IMG/VR virus record: IMGVR_UViG_3300029267_000655
Coordinates: 1-60,552 of that record
Length of the DNA: 60,552 nucleotides
Origin: a virus
Taxonomy: Duplodnaviria; Caudoviricetes
Strand: one strand, 5' to 3'
A program made the position numbers and the translations under genes. The notes under the pieces are model-generated. The model did no database searches, was not told the origin of the DNA, and saw only the letters and a list, made by a program, of their open reading frames with translations. Positions 27,138 through 37,240 of this stretch are shown piece by piece (within the stretch, counting starts at the first letter, position 1; every line of letters starts with the position of its first letter).

Positions 27138-27500
27138 TTATGACAGAGCTTCAGACAATAGATTAACTAGCTCTGCTTTGGTAACCGAAGATTTGAAGTC
27201 TAGTTCGTAGTCGTATGCCATTTGCTTCAACTCAGCAACAGACATAGACTCTAGTTCTTCGGTGTCTGGTGTAACTACGTTCGTTGAAGCTTGGACGCTA
27301 GGTTGTTCGTTAGCTGTATTGAAACTACCTACAGGCTCACCGCCTTTGAGTGGAGTACCTTCGGGCATCTTCTGGAACTTAATTGCTCCGGGTGAATTCA
27401 TTCTTTCAAGGTTCGAGAGACTATTCAGAATGTCTCCTTGCTTGAACTTCTTGCCTTGTTCGTAGTGACTACCTCTGAGGACTCTGTAAATGTTTGACAC
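27138..27500 (-). CDS. Hypothetical protein with a C-terminal Rho-N/HeH-like domain
   Basis: LESMSVAELKQMA...TKAELVNLL. Confidence 0.7.
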   Translation of the reverse strand: MSNIYRVLRGSHYEQGKKFKQGDILNSLSNLERMNSPGAIKFQKMPEGTPLKGGEPVGSFNTANEQPSVQASTNVVTPDTEELESMSVAELKQMAYDYELDFKSSVTKAELVNLLSEALS

Positions 27501-27531
27501 GGTTTAGCTCCTGTTCCTACTCGGTACTAAG

Positions 27532-27575
27532 AAAATCCCTCACCCCTGCTAGTAGGTATCACAGGGGTGAGGGTT
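27532..27575 (-). terminator. Terminator after the major capsid gene
   Basis: CCCTCACCCCTG/CAGGGGTGAGGG stem with a U tract on the minus strand. Confidence 0.75.
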
Positions 27576-27618
27576 GCGAAGGTACGACGTTGGAAGTTAA
27601 GGAGTGTGTGGAGACTCC

Positions 27619-28785
27619 TTAGGCAGTCGTACCATGACCGATACCGCAGTTTCCGCTATAGTCGCTGCGGAGCTGAGGCACATAGATAGCCATCACCTTA
27701 AAGTTGATTCTCATTCCGCCTTGAGACTCCCATTGAACGGTAGTAAGGTCCATACCATTAACCGCTCTAGCCACGTCGGAAGTCATCTGAACGAGAATCA
27801 CCGTAAAGGTGTTGGTCAAGTAGTCAAGACGTTTAATGTCTTGGATACCGTCAATCTGAAGCAGTCTCTGACGAAGAGAGCCAGCAGACGGTTCGCTAGT
27901 AGAGAACAGGTTGTCAAGGTACTGCTCGTAGTCCGTAGAGACGTAAGCCATGAACGGACCATAGAAGTTCTGGTTATACATGCTGTCTCGCAGAGCAAGC
28001 CAGCTAGTCAGAACAGCAGAACCATTAGACCCCGTAGGAGCAGTCATATCAGTCTTGGTAACACGGTCTGGGTAGTTCGTGTAGCCGTAGACGGTCGGAT
28101 TGTTACCGTAGTCACTAGCGTTACCGTAGGTGATACCCGTAACAGTACCGATAGTAGTCTGCTCAACTTTCTCTGCGACTCTACGGGCAGCAGCTTCAGC
28201 CGACGTAGTATCTAGAGGAGTACCCGTATTCCGGCTGACAGCCAAACGTCGTCGGCTATACCAGAAGTTGGCGTGAGTGATCGGCAGGGGCAAACCTTCG
28301 AGTTGGAATCTAGGTTCGTCAGTCCGACCTTCAGCCAGACCGTCCATATCAACGAGAGCTTCACCTGGATCACTCATCTTCTCGTGTTCAAGGACCATCT
28401 TGCTCATACCGTTAAAACCACCAAAGGTATTAGCGGCAGCAAGATCGCTCCAGGCACGTAGTCTCTGACGAGCAGCACGAACAACAACCCTATCCAACTG
28501 CAACCACTCATCCTTACGGAGAGAAGTAGCATTGAAGACAGGTAGATTGATGTCGTTGGCAACTAGGTCTTTGACCAAGACTTTCTTGTAAACTGGAACG
28601 TCTTTCTTCAAGTCCTTATCGTACTTGAATTCGCCAGTATTGATCGTAACGCACTTGCGTCCGCTGCGATCAATGAACGGTCTAAGCATACCCGTATCGA
28701 ATCGAGCTTGCGTTAGAACGTCACCAGCAGACGTAGGACCGAAGTCCTCAGCACCCATGTTACCGACAGGAATATCAACAAACAT
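27619..28785 (-). CDS. Major capsid protein (HK97 fold, encapsulin/Linocin-M18-like)
   Basis: LRKDEWLQLDRVV...LPLPITHANF...PLDTTSAEAAARRVAE...FKVMAIYVPQLRSD; position. Confidence 0.88.
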   Translation of the reverse strand: MFVDIPVGNMGAEDFGPTSAGDVLTQARFDTGMLRPFIDRSGRKCVTINTGEFKYDKDLKKDVPVYKKVLVKDLVANDINLPVFNATSLRKDEWLQLDRVVVRAARQRLRAWSDLAAANTFGGFNGMSKMVLEHEKMSDPGEALVDMDGLAEGRTDEPRFQLEGLPLPITHANFWYSRRRLAVSRNTGTPLDTTSAEAAARRVAEKVEQTTIGTVTGITYGNASDYGNNPTVYGYTNYPDRVTKTDMTAPTGSNGSAVLTSWLALRDSMYNQNFYGPFMAYVSTDYEQYLDNLFSTSEPSAGSLRQRLLQIDGIQDIKRLDYLTNTFTVILVQMTSDVARAVNGMDLTTVQWESQGGMRINFKVMAIYVPQLRSDYSGNCGIGHGTTA

Positions 28786-28832
28786 CTATAGTTTCCTTTG
28801 TGTTTGGATCGTTGGTTGTAGTTAAGAGGGTA

Positions 28833-29318
28833 TCAATACCCGCTGTAGATAACGTGGGCCAAAGTATCTGCCGTAGGATCGGTGATAGCTTCGAGCAACA
28901 TAAACGGTTCACACTCAGGCGTACCCGTAGTCGTAATCAGCTCACCAGTACCATCGTCAACGATTAGAACTTCACCGAACGTATGATCGTCACCGGTACC
29001 AGCCACATCACCGATGATGCAGTTAAACTCTTCACCAGCGACAGGTACATAAAGGAATCCATGATCACCGCTAGCATAGGCAGTAGTGCTCAGGTTCCCC
29101 CTAAGGTTGTCGTGAAGAAGAATCAGAAACGGTCCAATAGGACGAACACCATCAGCACTTGAGTTGAAAGGTTCGTACGTAAAGTTGCCGTTACTGTCTA
29201 GACCTTCGCTGATATCGACCTGACAGATAATTCCAGGCTTCAGTGCTCCGGTGAGAGTACCTTCCTTGAAGACACCCCTAGGTTCACTAGAGACAATGAT
29301 CCCATTTCCTCTCGCCAT
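28833..29318 (-). CDS. Head decoration or cement protein
   Basis: Between the protease/scaffold and capsid genes. Confidence 0.65.
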   Translation of the reverse strand: MARGNGIIVSSEPRGVFKEGTLTGALKPGIICQVDISEGLDSNGNFTYEPFNSSADGVRPIGPFLILLHDNLRGNLSTTAYASGDHGFLYVPVAGEEFNCIIGDVAGTGDDHTFGEVLIVDDGTGELITTTGTPECEPFMLLEAITDPTADTLAHVIYSGY

Positions 29319-29369
29319 GTCTTATGTCCTTTGATCTTGTGTTTGTGTTTGTATAGACCCTAACCAACT

Positions 29370-31196
29370 TCAGGCAGACTCTGCGAAGTTGATAGTAGGA
29401 GGAATCAGCAAGTCGTCTTCATCAAGTTCTTGCTTGGAGTTATTGGTTTGAACAGCAGGAACAGAACCGAACCAGCTAGCCTTACGGTTAGGTTCCTGAG
29501 AAGAAGGAGCAGCCGGAATAAGAGACGCCATCAGTTCCAAGTCTTCTAGAGACTTAGTATTGAGCGTAGCTACTAGAGCTTCCTTCTTGTCGTCTTCTGA
29601 GTTAGCGGTGAGCTTAGAGATAAGGGTTTCCCGTTCTCTCTTCTCGATCTTAGCTGCATTCGTAACGGCAGCACGAACACCAGCAGGAGCACTAGCGAAC
29701 CACTCTTCGTCGGTCATCTGCTTCTTAACAGGTTCTTCAGTAGGCTTAGAATTCGCAGTAGGTTGAGTAGGTGTCTCACTGGGTTTACGGACCTTCTTAG
29801 AGTGCTCTGATAGCTTGCTCAACTTCTCGTCGCTAAAGCTATTCAGAACCTCTCTGTCATCATCGCTCCAGCACGAGCAGTTAGCGACTAGGTCATCAAT
29901 CAAAGTCTTCTTCTGGTCTTCGTTCACTTCTGGCTCCTTATTATTGCCAGTAGGGATTCGCTCCTGGTCTTCGCTCCCTACTTCGGGAGCCACGTCACTA
30001 GCTACGTTGCTAGCGTTGTTCACTTTGACATAGTTGGTTTTCCTAATAACCTCAACCGGAGAGTCATCAGACAGAGTTACTACGTCATTTGTACCAACTG
30101 TAAAGTTCTGTTGATACAACTTACCGTCTCGATGGTAGACCACCGATGTCTTATAAACATCTTCAACCCAAAACTCTGAATCACTAGCAATGTTGAGTTG
30201 CTTCATCAGTTGGGTTTGGATGTCACTGTAACTCAGTTTGTTTTGTGTCGGACTAAGTACAGAACCTACAGCATCCATGATTCTATTGAGTAGTCCTGGT
30301 TTGGTGTCTTTGTTTAAGGTCGATTCTTCGTTCATTCTTTTCACTATGTTTTCTGCCCAGGTCTTACCTGCATCACCACCCCAAAGTGACCAAGCAATAC
30401 GACCAGCACTAGGGTATCCAGAACCGCTGGGGCTAAAGTCGTCTGATTTCTTGTCTACTTCGTGTCTGTCAAAGTAGGCTTTCATTCTCTTAACTGTTTG
30501 AGCACTTAGACTACGCCCATTCTTTATGTCTCTTGCCCGAGCTACACCTACCTCAGTTCCGCCTCTGTTGTATTCCTTTCTCCACTCTAGTCCTCTCTCT
30601 GCCTCTTCCATCATAGCCTTAGTGGGCTTGTACCCTTCTTGATTGACTAGTACCCCGCAACCATCATTAAGAGAGCAAGCCCCAACTTCATCGGGTAAGA
30701 CTGCTAGGTGATCTGGTCGGTAGTTACGAGCCACGAAGGAATACTCTTTACCGTTGAACACAGCACCGTCTTCGGCTGGCTCATTAGTAGTGAAGAGACC
30801 GGTACTCAACTCAATAGGGGTACCAGACTCTAGAGCGTTCAATACTCGATCATCGACCTTACGGGTCTTCTCGATATTGAACCAACCTTCGGCAACCAGC
30901 TTACCCTTAACGGTGGCGTTGAATACATAGCCGATACCGAAGGTCTCAAGTATGTCAGGAGAACGGGCGGAAACCGGAATACCATTGACTGTCGGATGAG
31001 TAACAACAATCGGCATTCCATTCCATGCGTCTACGTTCTTAGTGATCTCATCTGCTGGGTAGAGTAGCGGACCTTGGCTTCCGTTAAGAACTCCCTCAAC
31101 GAGCATAGAGAGAGGAGCCACTAGGTAGTCCTCTCCATTAAGTCGTCCTCTACGGGTCTTACCCGCAAGATTAGCGGTAAGGTTGCTGAGTTCCAC
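29370..31196 (-). CDS. Prohead protease/scaffold (DUF2213-like) with an inserted helical domain
   Basis: WNGMPIVVTHP, ELSTG, PDHLAVLPDEVGACS; insert ...RIAWSLWGGDAG; C-terminal coiled scaffold. Confidence 0.8.
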   Translation of the reverse strand: MELSNLTANLAGKTRRGRLNGEDYLVAPLSMLVEGVLNGSQGPLLYPADEITKNVDAWNGMPIVVTHPTVNGIPVSARSPDILETFGIGYVFNATVKGKLVAEGWFNIEKTRKVDDRVLNALESGTPIELSTGLFTTNEPAEDGAVFNGKEYSFVARNYRPDHLAVLPDEVGACSLNDGCGVLVNQEGYKPTKAMMEEAERGLEWRKEYNRGGTEVGVARARDIKNGRSLSAQTVKRMKAYFDRHEVDKKSDDFSPSGSGYPSAGRIAWSLWGGDAGKTWAENIVKRMNEESTLNKDTKPGLLNRIMDAVGSVLSPTQNKLSYSDIQTQLMKQLNIASDSEFWVEDVYKTSVVYHRDGKLYQQNFTVGTNDVVTLSDDSPVEVIRKTNYVKVNNASNVASDVAPEVGSEDQERIPTGNNKEPEVNEDQKKTLIDDLVANCSCWSDDDREVLNSFSDEKLSKLSEHSKKVRKPSETPTQPTANSKPTEEPVKKQMTDEEWFASAPAGVRAAVTNAAKIEKRERETLISKLTANSEDDKKEALVATLNTKSLEDLELMASLIPAAPSSQEPNRKASWFGSVPAVQTNNSKQELDEDDLLIPPTINFAESA

Positions 31197-31199
31197 AGC

Positions 31200-31245
31200 C
31201 TTACTCCTTAGTCATATGACAAACGTCAGCTAGCTAAGGAGTAAG
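31200..31245 (-). promoter_or_regulatory. RBS-sequestering hairpin upstream of the protease/scaffold gene
   Basis: Perfect 12-bp stem CTTACTCCTTAG/CTAAGGAGTAAG that contains the AAGGAG SD. Confidence 0.65.
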
Positions 31246-31305
31246 TCTGTAGTAGTTTACCTCTTGTTCGCTACCCTAGTTGGTCTTGTTTTAGCCCTAC
31301 CTGTT

Positions 31306-31563
31306 TTAACTCCTACCGTCGCAGGCACTAGGTAGGAGTCTTACCCACTGATATGCAATCGACCTAACCCTACCCCTAGAGAGACAGACGATAGTTTCAC
31401 CCCTAGGCTCAAGTCTCTTTCTTATGTGACAGATATGGACTGCTAAGTTCTTTCTAGTCGTGAATCCATCACCGTAACTGTCCATGATCTCTTCGGGTAT
31501 GTGAGGTTTGCCGTCTAGTAGGACGTTGAGAATCTTACTTTCAGTAACAGAGAATCCATCCAC
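31306..31563 (-). CDS. OmpR/PhoB-type winged-helix DNA-binding protein without a receiver domain
   Basis: TESKILNVL...NLAVHICHIRKRL. Confidence 0.75.
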   Translation of the reverse strand: MDGFSVTESKILNVLLDGKPHIPEEIMDSYGDGFTTRKNLAVHICHIRKRLEPRGETIVCLSRGRVRSIAYQWVRLLPSACDGRS

Positions 31564-31574
31564 ACCTAGCTCTC

Positions 31575-31823
31575 CTAGTAGTTCACAGGTATGTCACCAC
31601 CTACACGGTTTGGCTTGTAAGTGTCTTTGTAGCTGTCCGGTTTAACCGACTCAACCACTTGATAGAACAACCAAGATATTCTGTCTCCGTAAGCGGGTGA
31701 GTACTTAGTTTTGGCGTACTCAGTTAGAGAGTTCAACACGAGTTCTAGAGTCTCGTTAGACGAAGTCCATACACCTAACCTAGAGAACTCGCAGACAACT
31801 CCTTCTATTGTCATGGTAAGCAT
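31575..31823 (-). CDS. Small hypothetical protein (candidate partner or immunity protein of the MuF C-terminal domain)
   Basis: Overlaps the MuF stop; 82 aa. Confidence 0.55.
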   Translation of the reverse strand: MLTMTIEGVVCEFSRLGVWTSSNETLELVLNSLTEYAKTKYSPAYGDRISWLFYQVVESVKPDSYKDTYKPNRVGGDIPVNY

Positions 31824-34009
31824 CAGAGAGTTCTCCTAAGGATACCGATCATGAAGTCAAAGTATTCTGGATCTAGCTTTGCGAATGTTAGTGGGTCTTC
31901 GTAGAGCTTCTGCAAACCCATACTCACTATCTCTGTTGTCTTGTTGTTGTATATCTTTCCTATGTACCAGGCATAATGTTCACTGAACGCCTTATCGAAT
32001 TCATCCTTGATACCGTACTCATGGTCTTCGTAGTTACTGTTTGGGAATAGTTTCTTTAACTGAACCTTAGGTTGTCCTGCTGTTCTGTACTCAAGAAACT
32101 CTTGTGCTAGTTCTTGAACCTCTGGCATCTTGTATTCTATGTGATGGCCTATCTCGTGAATGAACACCGCTAATTTATCGTCATCTACACAGTAGATACC
32201 GTCAAAGTCCATATTGTAGACAACTCTACCGTCTATCGCGTGTGCTCTGTAATCTGCTCTCAGTTGGAAGCTCTTAACGTTGATTGATGCTACTTCGTCA
32301 TCTGCTGCGGTAACAGCACTAACAAAGTCAGCAGCTTGTTCAGTAGACTCTGCGTGTTGGGGTGTTAGTCTTACTCGGACTTCTGGCTTTATAGTCTTGA
32401 CTATCGAGCTAGGTTTAGATGGGTTAGCAACTACTGATAGGCTCTGTACATCACTATCAACCCTAAGAAGCTCTCTTACTGCGTTTAGTCTCTGTGACTG
32501 GACTTCTCTGAGTTGAATATATAACTTATTGTTGGCTTCGGCTATCTTGTTTGAGCTTTTGTCCAGGTCTTCTATCTCCTTGATAACTTCAGGAAACTTC
32601 TTCTCGTACTCTGTAATGCTCAAACCCAACTTATCAGCTTCTTTTACGACCTTGTTGTTGAGATGTATCTGCCGTCTAACCATAGAGGAGAATTGGTCGC
32701 CATTCTCTTCTAACTGCTTTTCTAGTTGTTTGACTTGTTTGTCTAGGTCTTCCCCTAGCTTGATGACGTTACTACGGACTTTCTGAGCGTCCGTATTTGC
32801 CGCTATACGGTCCTTTACAGGCTTCCCCCGGTTATCGGGTCTAGTTACCGGTTTAGGTCCGCTAGAGACGGTTTTAGGGGTCTTCTCGCGTGTCTCCGTA
32901 GGTGTAGGCTTAGGGGTTCTCTTCTTCGTATCGGTAGCTGGTCCCTGTAGCTTAGGCTCAGGTCGATTCTCCTTCGGTTTAACGTCTGCCCCTAGCCACC
33001 GGGTTCTCTCTTTCTGCTCTTCTAGAGTGCGGTCTTTATCACCCTTAGGAATCTCTCTGCGGATACTCTCGTCTAGAGCGTCTTGAATCTCTGCCTTAGA
33101 TTCCTTGACGTTGGGGTCTTTGGTTTCCCCTACGTTAGCTGGAATGAATGCACACCGACAGTTAGGGTGTCTAGGTAGTATGCCCCTAGCTTCTTTGGTA
33201 GTGATTACTACGCCTTCTAACGGTTGGCAGAGAGGACAGACTAGATCATCCCCCGTAGTAGACCACTCGACTTGTACCCCAACTTCGGTTACTCCAAGCC
33301 TCTCTATCGAGTCTAGCTGTCCTTCTGCGTGTGCTCTGATGACTTCGGTACGTGCTATAGCTCTAGCCCGCTTCTTCTCTAGGTTGTCCACAGTCTTGTT
33401 CAAGTCTCTAGCTATCTCTCGCGGTCCTTTACCTTGGGTGAACCCGTCAGCTAGTCCTCTCGTTAGTTGTTGAGACATAGCGTCAGAGAAGCCTTTAAGG
33501 TCATTGAAGACTCTAGACGCTATGAGCTTCGTTCTTTCTACAGACTGCGGACCAAACGATTGACGTAGGAACTCCTGTCTAGAACCTTGAAAGAACTCAG
33601 GAGAAGGAGCTAGCACACCAGCCTTATTGATGTCATCGAAAGACCTAGCCCAACCCTTCTGATATCCTTCTTGAATGTATTGGTACCAGTAGGCTTGCTC
33701 TATCTCTTCCTGTGTAGCTCCTGCGAATATCTCTAACTCAATCTCCTGCTCTAACCACTTCTGGAACTCCTGTACTTTCTCTTGATCAGTATTAAACCTC
33801 CACCGCTGGTTTTCAACTAGTGTGTTACCTAGGACTTCTTTTCGTACCTTGTCAGGCACTAACCCTAGTGCGTCTTCTTCTACGATAAGCTTTCTGATCT
33901 TACCCTTCAGCTTACGTACTCTTTTGTAGAAGTCGGCTACAAACCGTCTACGGAGTAACGTGGTGCGTGTTGGGTCTCTGAGAAGAGGGTTAACCCGAGT
34001 CTTGGTCAT
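31823..34009 (-). CDS. Head morphogenesis protein (SPP1 gp7/MuF) with a C-terminal HEXXH metallopeptidase-like extension
   Basis: RARAIARTEVIRAH, DDLVCPLC, PRHPNCRC; later FIHEIGHHIE...TEIVSMG. Confidence 0.85.
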   Translation of the reverse strand: MTKTRVNPLLRDPTRTTLLRRRFVADFYKRVRKLKGKIRKLIVEEDALGLVPDKVRKEVLGNTLVENQRWRFNTDQEKVQEFQKWLEQEIELEIFAGATQEEIEQAYWYQYIQEGYQKGWARSFDDINKAGVLAPSPEFFQGSRQEFLRQSFGPQSVERTKLIASRVFNDLKGFSDAMSQQLTRGLADGFTQGKGPREIARDLNKTVDNLEKKRARAIARTEVIRAHAEGQLDSIERLGVTEVGVQVEWSTTGDDLVCPLCQPLEGVVITTKEARGILPRHPNCRCAFIPANVGETKDPNVKESKAEIQDALDESIRREIPKGDKDRTLEEQKERTRWLGADVKPKENRPEPKLQGPATDTKKRTPKPTPTETREKTPKTVSSGPKPVTRPDNRGKPVKDRIAANTDAQKVRSNVIKLGEDLDKQVKQLEKQLEENGDQFSSMVRRQIHLNNKVVKEADKLGLSITEYEKKFPEVIKEIEDLDKSSNKIAEANNKLYIQLREVQSQRLNAVRELLRVDSDVQSLSVVANPSKPSSIVKTIKPEVRVRLTPQHAESTEQAADFVSAVTAADDEVASINVKSFQLRADYRAHAIDGRVVYNMDFDGIYCVDDDKLAVFIHEIGHHIEYKMPEVQELAQEFLEYRTAGQPKVQLKKLFPNSNYEDHEYGIKDEFDKAFSEHYAWYIGKIYNNKTTEIVSMGLQKLYEDPLTFAKLDPEYFDFMIGILRRTL

Positions 34010-34224
34010 CAGTCGTTCCCTCTGTACTTGTAGACTCTGGGTTGTCTTCCACCTATTCTGACTGACATCTGATACTCGGTGTCATCCCTATCTTTCATCT
34101 CTTGTAGTCTCTCTTCTCGTATGATCTTCTTCATACGTTCTATCTCTTCGGGTGTTGGATCAGTAACAGGATCAAATTGAGATTTAGAGTTTGTAGTACG
34201 TCTAACCATTGTCATCTTCTCCAT
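34009..34224 (-). CDS. Hypothetical protein
   Basis: Fills the gap between portal and MuF; DPTPEEIER motif. Confidence 0.55.
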   Translation of the reverse strand: MEKMTMVRRTTNSKSQFDPVTDPTPEEIERMKKIIREERLQEMKDRDDTEYQMSVRIGGRQPRVYKYRGND

Positions 34225-35674
34225 CCATGTCTAGTGAACCGTCTAGTCCTTCCCTGACTAGCATTTCAGCCTCTTCCATACCTAGTCCCACAATGTTCGT
34301 CAGGAACGGGATAGGGTCAATCAAGTTAGCTACGTTACCGGCAACGTACTTAGTCAGTGCATCAGTTCTCTTGACTGCAATAGTTGCTTGCTCGTCTTCC
34401 GTAAGGCTGTTCAAGTCAGGCCACTTAATTCTGTACCCGTTGTTAGGTTCGGGCAGCACACCCAACATGATCAGTCTATCAATAAACGGAGCCACTACCC
34501 TAGGTGTAAGGTAGTAGCGTTGGCGGAAGGCTAGTCTATCGTTCCAAGTCTTATCGTCCTGACCGCTGGCTAGTTCTCCTCTCTCAGAACCACAGAAGAT
34601 ACGTTTGGGAATCCCTAGTCTAATACAGATAGATTCAATCTGAGTGTCAATCTGCGGTGTAGGGTCTACAACTTGGGGAGCTAGACTCTTAGCTGATAGC
34701 CCGATGTTGAGGAGATACCGTTGAAGACCGTTATGGTAGTTCTCCATCGTATCTCGAATAGCGTCCTTCTCCGTTGTAGATAGTTCTAGGTCTGCTCCTA
34801 GTTGAGGATGAGATTCTAGGCTGATGCCAGGAAACGCTCCCCTCCAGTACATCTCAGCACTACCAGCGTATAGCTTCCGTAGGTCGTACAGCCGGTTGTA
34901 GACCTGCATCATCCTAGGTCTACCGAAGATTTCACTTGAACCTAGGTTGTCGGCTATGTGAACTACTCTAGTCCAGTGAACTTTATTAGTGCTGATATCT
35001 AAGCCAACACCCCCTTGATCGGTTAGCTCTGGATCATGAAACTGTACGTTGTAAAACGTAGGATGTCCGAACCTAGGACTTGTCTTGTCTGTTTCATAAG
35101 AGGCTATGTCCACTAGGCTCTCATCTACAGCTCTCACGAAGATCACGTTGAGGTTGCTGTTAGGTTCTACTGGTTCAGACAAGTCCTTACCATCGTCTAA
35201 GCCTAGGAGTAAGATACCGAACGAACCAATACCACTCAGCATATCGACTCTAGCTAAGTACTCCCAAACTACTCCGCCTTCCTCTTGTTGTAGCCAAGTG
35301 TTCGGGTTGAGAATCATGTTAAGCTCTCTCCACGCTCCTTCAAACTGAGTTTCTACTGTCGGGTCTTCGTCCTCGAATACAGCAGGATTCAACATCCAAC
35401 TCTCTTGCGGCAGTACTTCAACCACCCTAGCTGCTACTGCCTCACGGTCGTAGAGCTGTCTGTAGAGATTGACGCTAAGAGACTCTGGATAGCCTACTTC
35501 GTCGTCAATGTCTCTACGTGGATCAAGAATCTTACGGAGTATATCGTCTCTCATACTCCTAGCGTTAGTTAACAGGTAGGATAGTTCCCTATTGAATGTC
35601 AGAGCATCAAACCCGCTACCATTGCTACTCGACTTGTTAGACACAAATCTACCTTTGGCATCCCTCTTAACCAT
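34202..35674 (-). CDS. Portal protein (DUF1073-like)
   Basis: Follows terL; VAARVVE...SPRFGHP...VHWTRVVH...GIPKRIFCGSERGELAS. Confidence 0.88.
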   Translation of the reverse strand: MVKRDAKGRFVSNKSSSNGSGFDALTFNRELSYLLTNARSMRDDILRKILDPRRDIDDEVGYPESLSVNLYRQLYDREAVAARVVEVLPQESWMLNPAVFEDEDPTVETQFEGAWRELNMILNPNTWLQQEEGGVVWEYLARVDMLSGIGSFGILLLGLDDGKDLSEPVEPNSNLNVIFVRAVDESLVDIASYETDKTSPRFGHPTFYNVQFHDPELTDQGGVGLDISTNKVHWTRVVHIADNLGSSEIFGRPRMMQVYNRLYDLRKLYAGSAEMYWRGAFPGISLESHPQLGADLELSTTEKDAIRDTMENYHNGLQRYLLNIGLSAKSLAPQVVDPTPQIDTQIESICIRLGIPKRIFCGSERGELASGQDDKTWNDRLAFRQRYYLTPRVVAPFIDRLIMLGVLPEPNNGYRIKWPDLNSLTEDEQATIAVKRTDALTKYVAGNVANLIDPIPFLTNIVGLGMEEAEMLVREGLDGSLDMDGEDDNG

Positions 35675-35686
35675 CTCGTCAATCCT

Positions 35687-37240
35687 TTATGAAACACTGA
35701 TTCCAGAACCTTTTGACTTCCTAGCTAATCCATAGACAGCTAGTACTAGACTATCTGCTTCGTCAGGCGAACACCCTAACATATCTTTCAACGTCTCTTC
35801 GTTTGAGTTCTTAGTTCTCCTGTCCTTAGGCGGTAAGTACAGTCTACCCTCTCCATCGAACAGTAATGGTAACGGAGCTAGCTGTCGCCTGAGTTCGGTT
35901 AGCTTGTCCGGTATAGCAAATCCTGTTTCGTATGCGTCTGGATCTAGGTACTCGTAGCGTAGGATACCGTACATCTCAGCTCTACGATTCTTATACGTGT
36001 ACTTGTCTTCATACTCCTTCTTCCGACTCTCCTTTGACCGCATACCGCTACGGAACTTGTTAGGACTATCAGCAGCTTCACCAAATCCAACGGTCCTAAC
36101 CGGAAACCCTTTAGACTTCATTAGGTCAGCGTGTTGCTTACCTCCACCCCCTCTGTCGAACACGATTTGGTTAGGACTCAGAGAGTAGAGTTGAGCTAGT
36201 GCTAGAGTTCGGTTTGGTATGACTGCGGTATTAGGCGTCTTCTCTGAGTACTGTTCAATGATGCCTAGTTCATCTATCACTGTCCATACCGTAGAGTCAC
36301 CGCCTTCAGCTACGTCTACTCCCATGCTCTTAGCTTTACGGTCCCTTCCTTTCAGAGACCTAGCTAGCTCCTCAGCTCTGTTTAACCAGTCAGGCGGATA
36401 CAGTAGCGTCTCAGCTCCCATATAGAACTCAGCATCTAGACCGATGCTCTGCCTAATCGAGTCCCAAACCTCTCTACGTTTCTTATACGTATAGTAGTCG
36501 ATAACACCGGGTACCAAGATAGTGTTATCAGGAGTCTTACCCGCCTTCTCTTGAGCTAGACCTAGTTTGACGTTTGGACTATCGCTAGCTTTGATCTTGA
36601 TGACGTTCCTAAATAGAGTCCCTTTGTGAGTTGGGTGTTCTAAGTTACCGGCAGTGACTCCTGAGAAGAAGAAGTTGGAGCAAGGGTAGCAGTTGCCGAT
36701 TACTAGCTTACGGTGTGCCCAAGTATCACTAGACTCGTAAGCCTGAGAGTCAATACCACTAGCTTCATCGAACACCGCCATCGTCTTAGGTAGTCCACCC
36801 GGTCCTCTAGCTAAGTGCCTACCTAACAAAGACTCTCCCTGTCTCGTTACCTGTCCAATCAACGAAGCCATAGGTTCTAGGCTACCGTCTCTTCGTACTT
36901 GCCTCATGAACAAGTGGTTGTATTGAACCGGTAGCGGTACTCTAGACGTATCAAGAAACCTACGTATCTCAGCCCATAGTACGTCATTCAACTGATCTGC
37001 TTTAACCGACGTAGTGACTACCCTAGCCGGTCTTCGAGAACAGAAGAACCAAAGACAGATGAAAGCAGTGATGAAGTCTTTACCTAGTTGGTTGCCAGCA
37101 GGGACGAACGTCTCTTCGTTGTCTCTCACGCTGTAAACTATCTTCTTTTGCTCTCTATAGAACGTAACATCAGGCCAACAGAGTTCTTTGAACTTCATTG
37201 GGTCTATCACGTCTACTCTGTCTTTGGTCTTCGTAGCCAC
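35687..37240 (-). CDS. terL: Terminase large subunit
   Basis: Walker A PAGNQLGKD, Walker B VFDEASG, nuclease GVDVAEGGD and SPDEADSLVLA. Confidence 0.93.
   Translation of the reverse strand: MATKTKDRVDVIDPMKFKELCWPDVTFYREQKKIVYSVRDNEETFVPAGNQLGKDFITAFICLWFFCSRRPARVVTTSVKADQLNDVLWAEIRRFLDTSRVPLPVQYNHLFMRQVRRDGSLEPMASLIGQVTRQGESLLGRHLARGPGGLPKTMAVFDEASGIDSQAYESSDTWAHRKLVIGNCYPCSNFFFSGVTAGNLEHPTHKGTLFRNVIKIKASDSPNVKLGLAQEKAGKTPDNTILVPGVIDYYTYKKRREVWDSIRQSIGLDAEFYMGAETLLYPPDWLNRAEELARSLKGRDRKAKSMGVDVAEGGDSTVWTVIDELGIIEQYSEKTPNTAVIPNRTLALAQLYSLSPNQIVFDRGGGGKQHADLMKSKGFPVRTVGFGEAADSPNKFRSGMRSKESRKKEYEDKYTYKNRRAEMYGILRYEYLDPDAYETGFAIPDKLTELRRQLAPLPLLFDGEGRLYLPPKDRRTKNSNEETLKDMLGCSPDEADSLVLAVYGLARKSKGSGISVS

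Noticed and set aside
27604-28215. 203-aa + strand ORF and the many other antisense ORFs (for example 3182..3700, 15557..16054, 11452..11907)
   Set aside because: They overlap well-supported genes on the opposite strand and show no recognisable motifs.
27619-28785. Bacterial encapsulin or bacteriocin
   Set aside because: Its context between portal, protease/scaffold and head-tail genes identifies it as the phage capsid protein.
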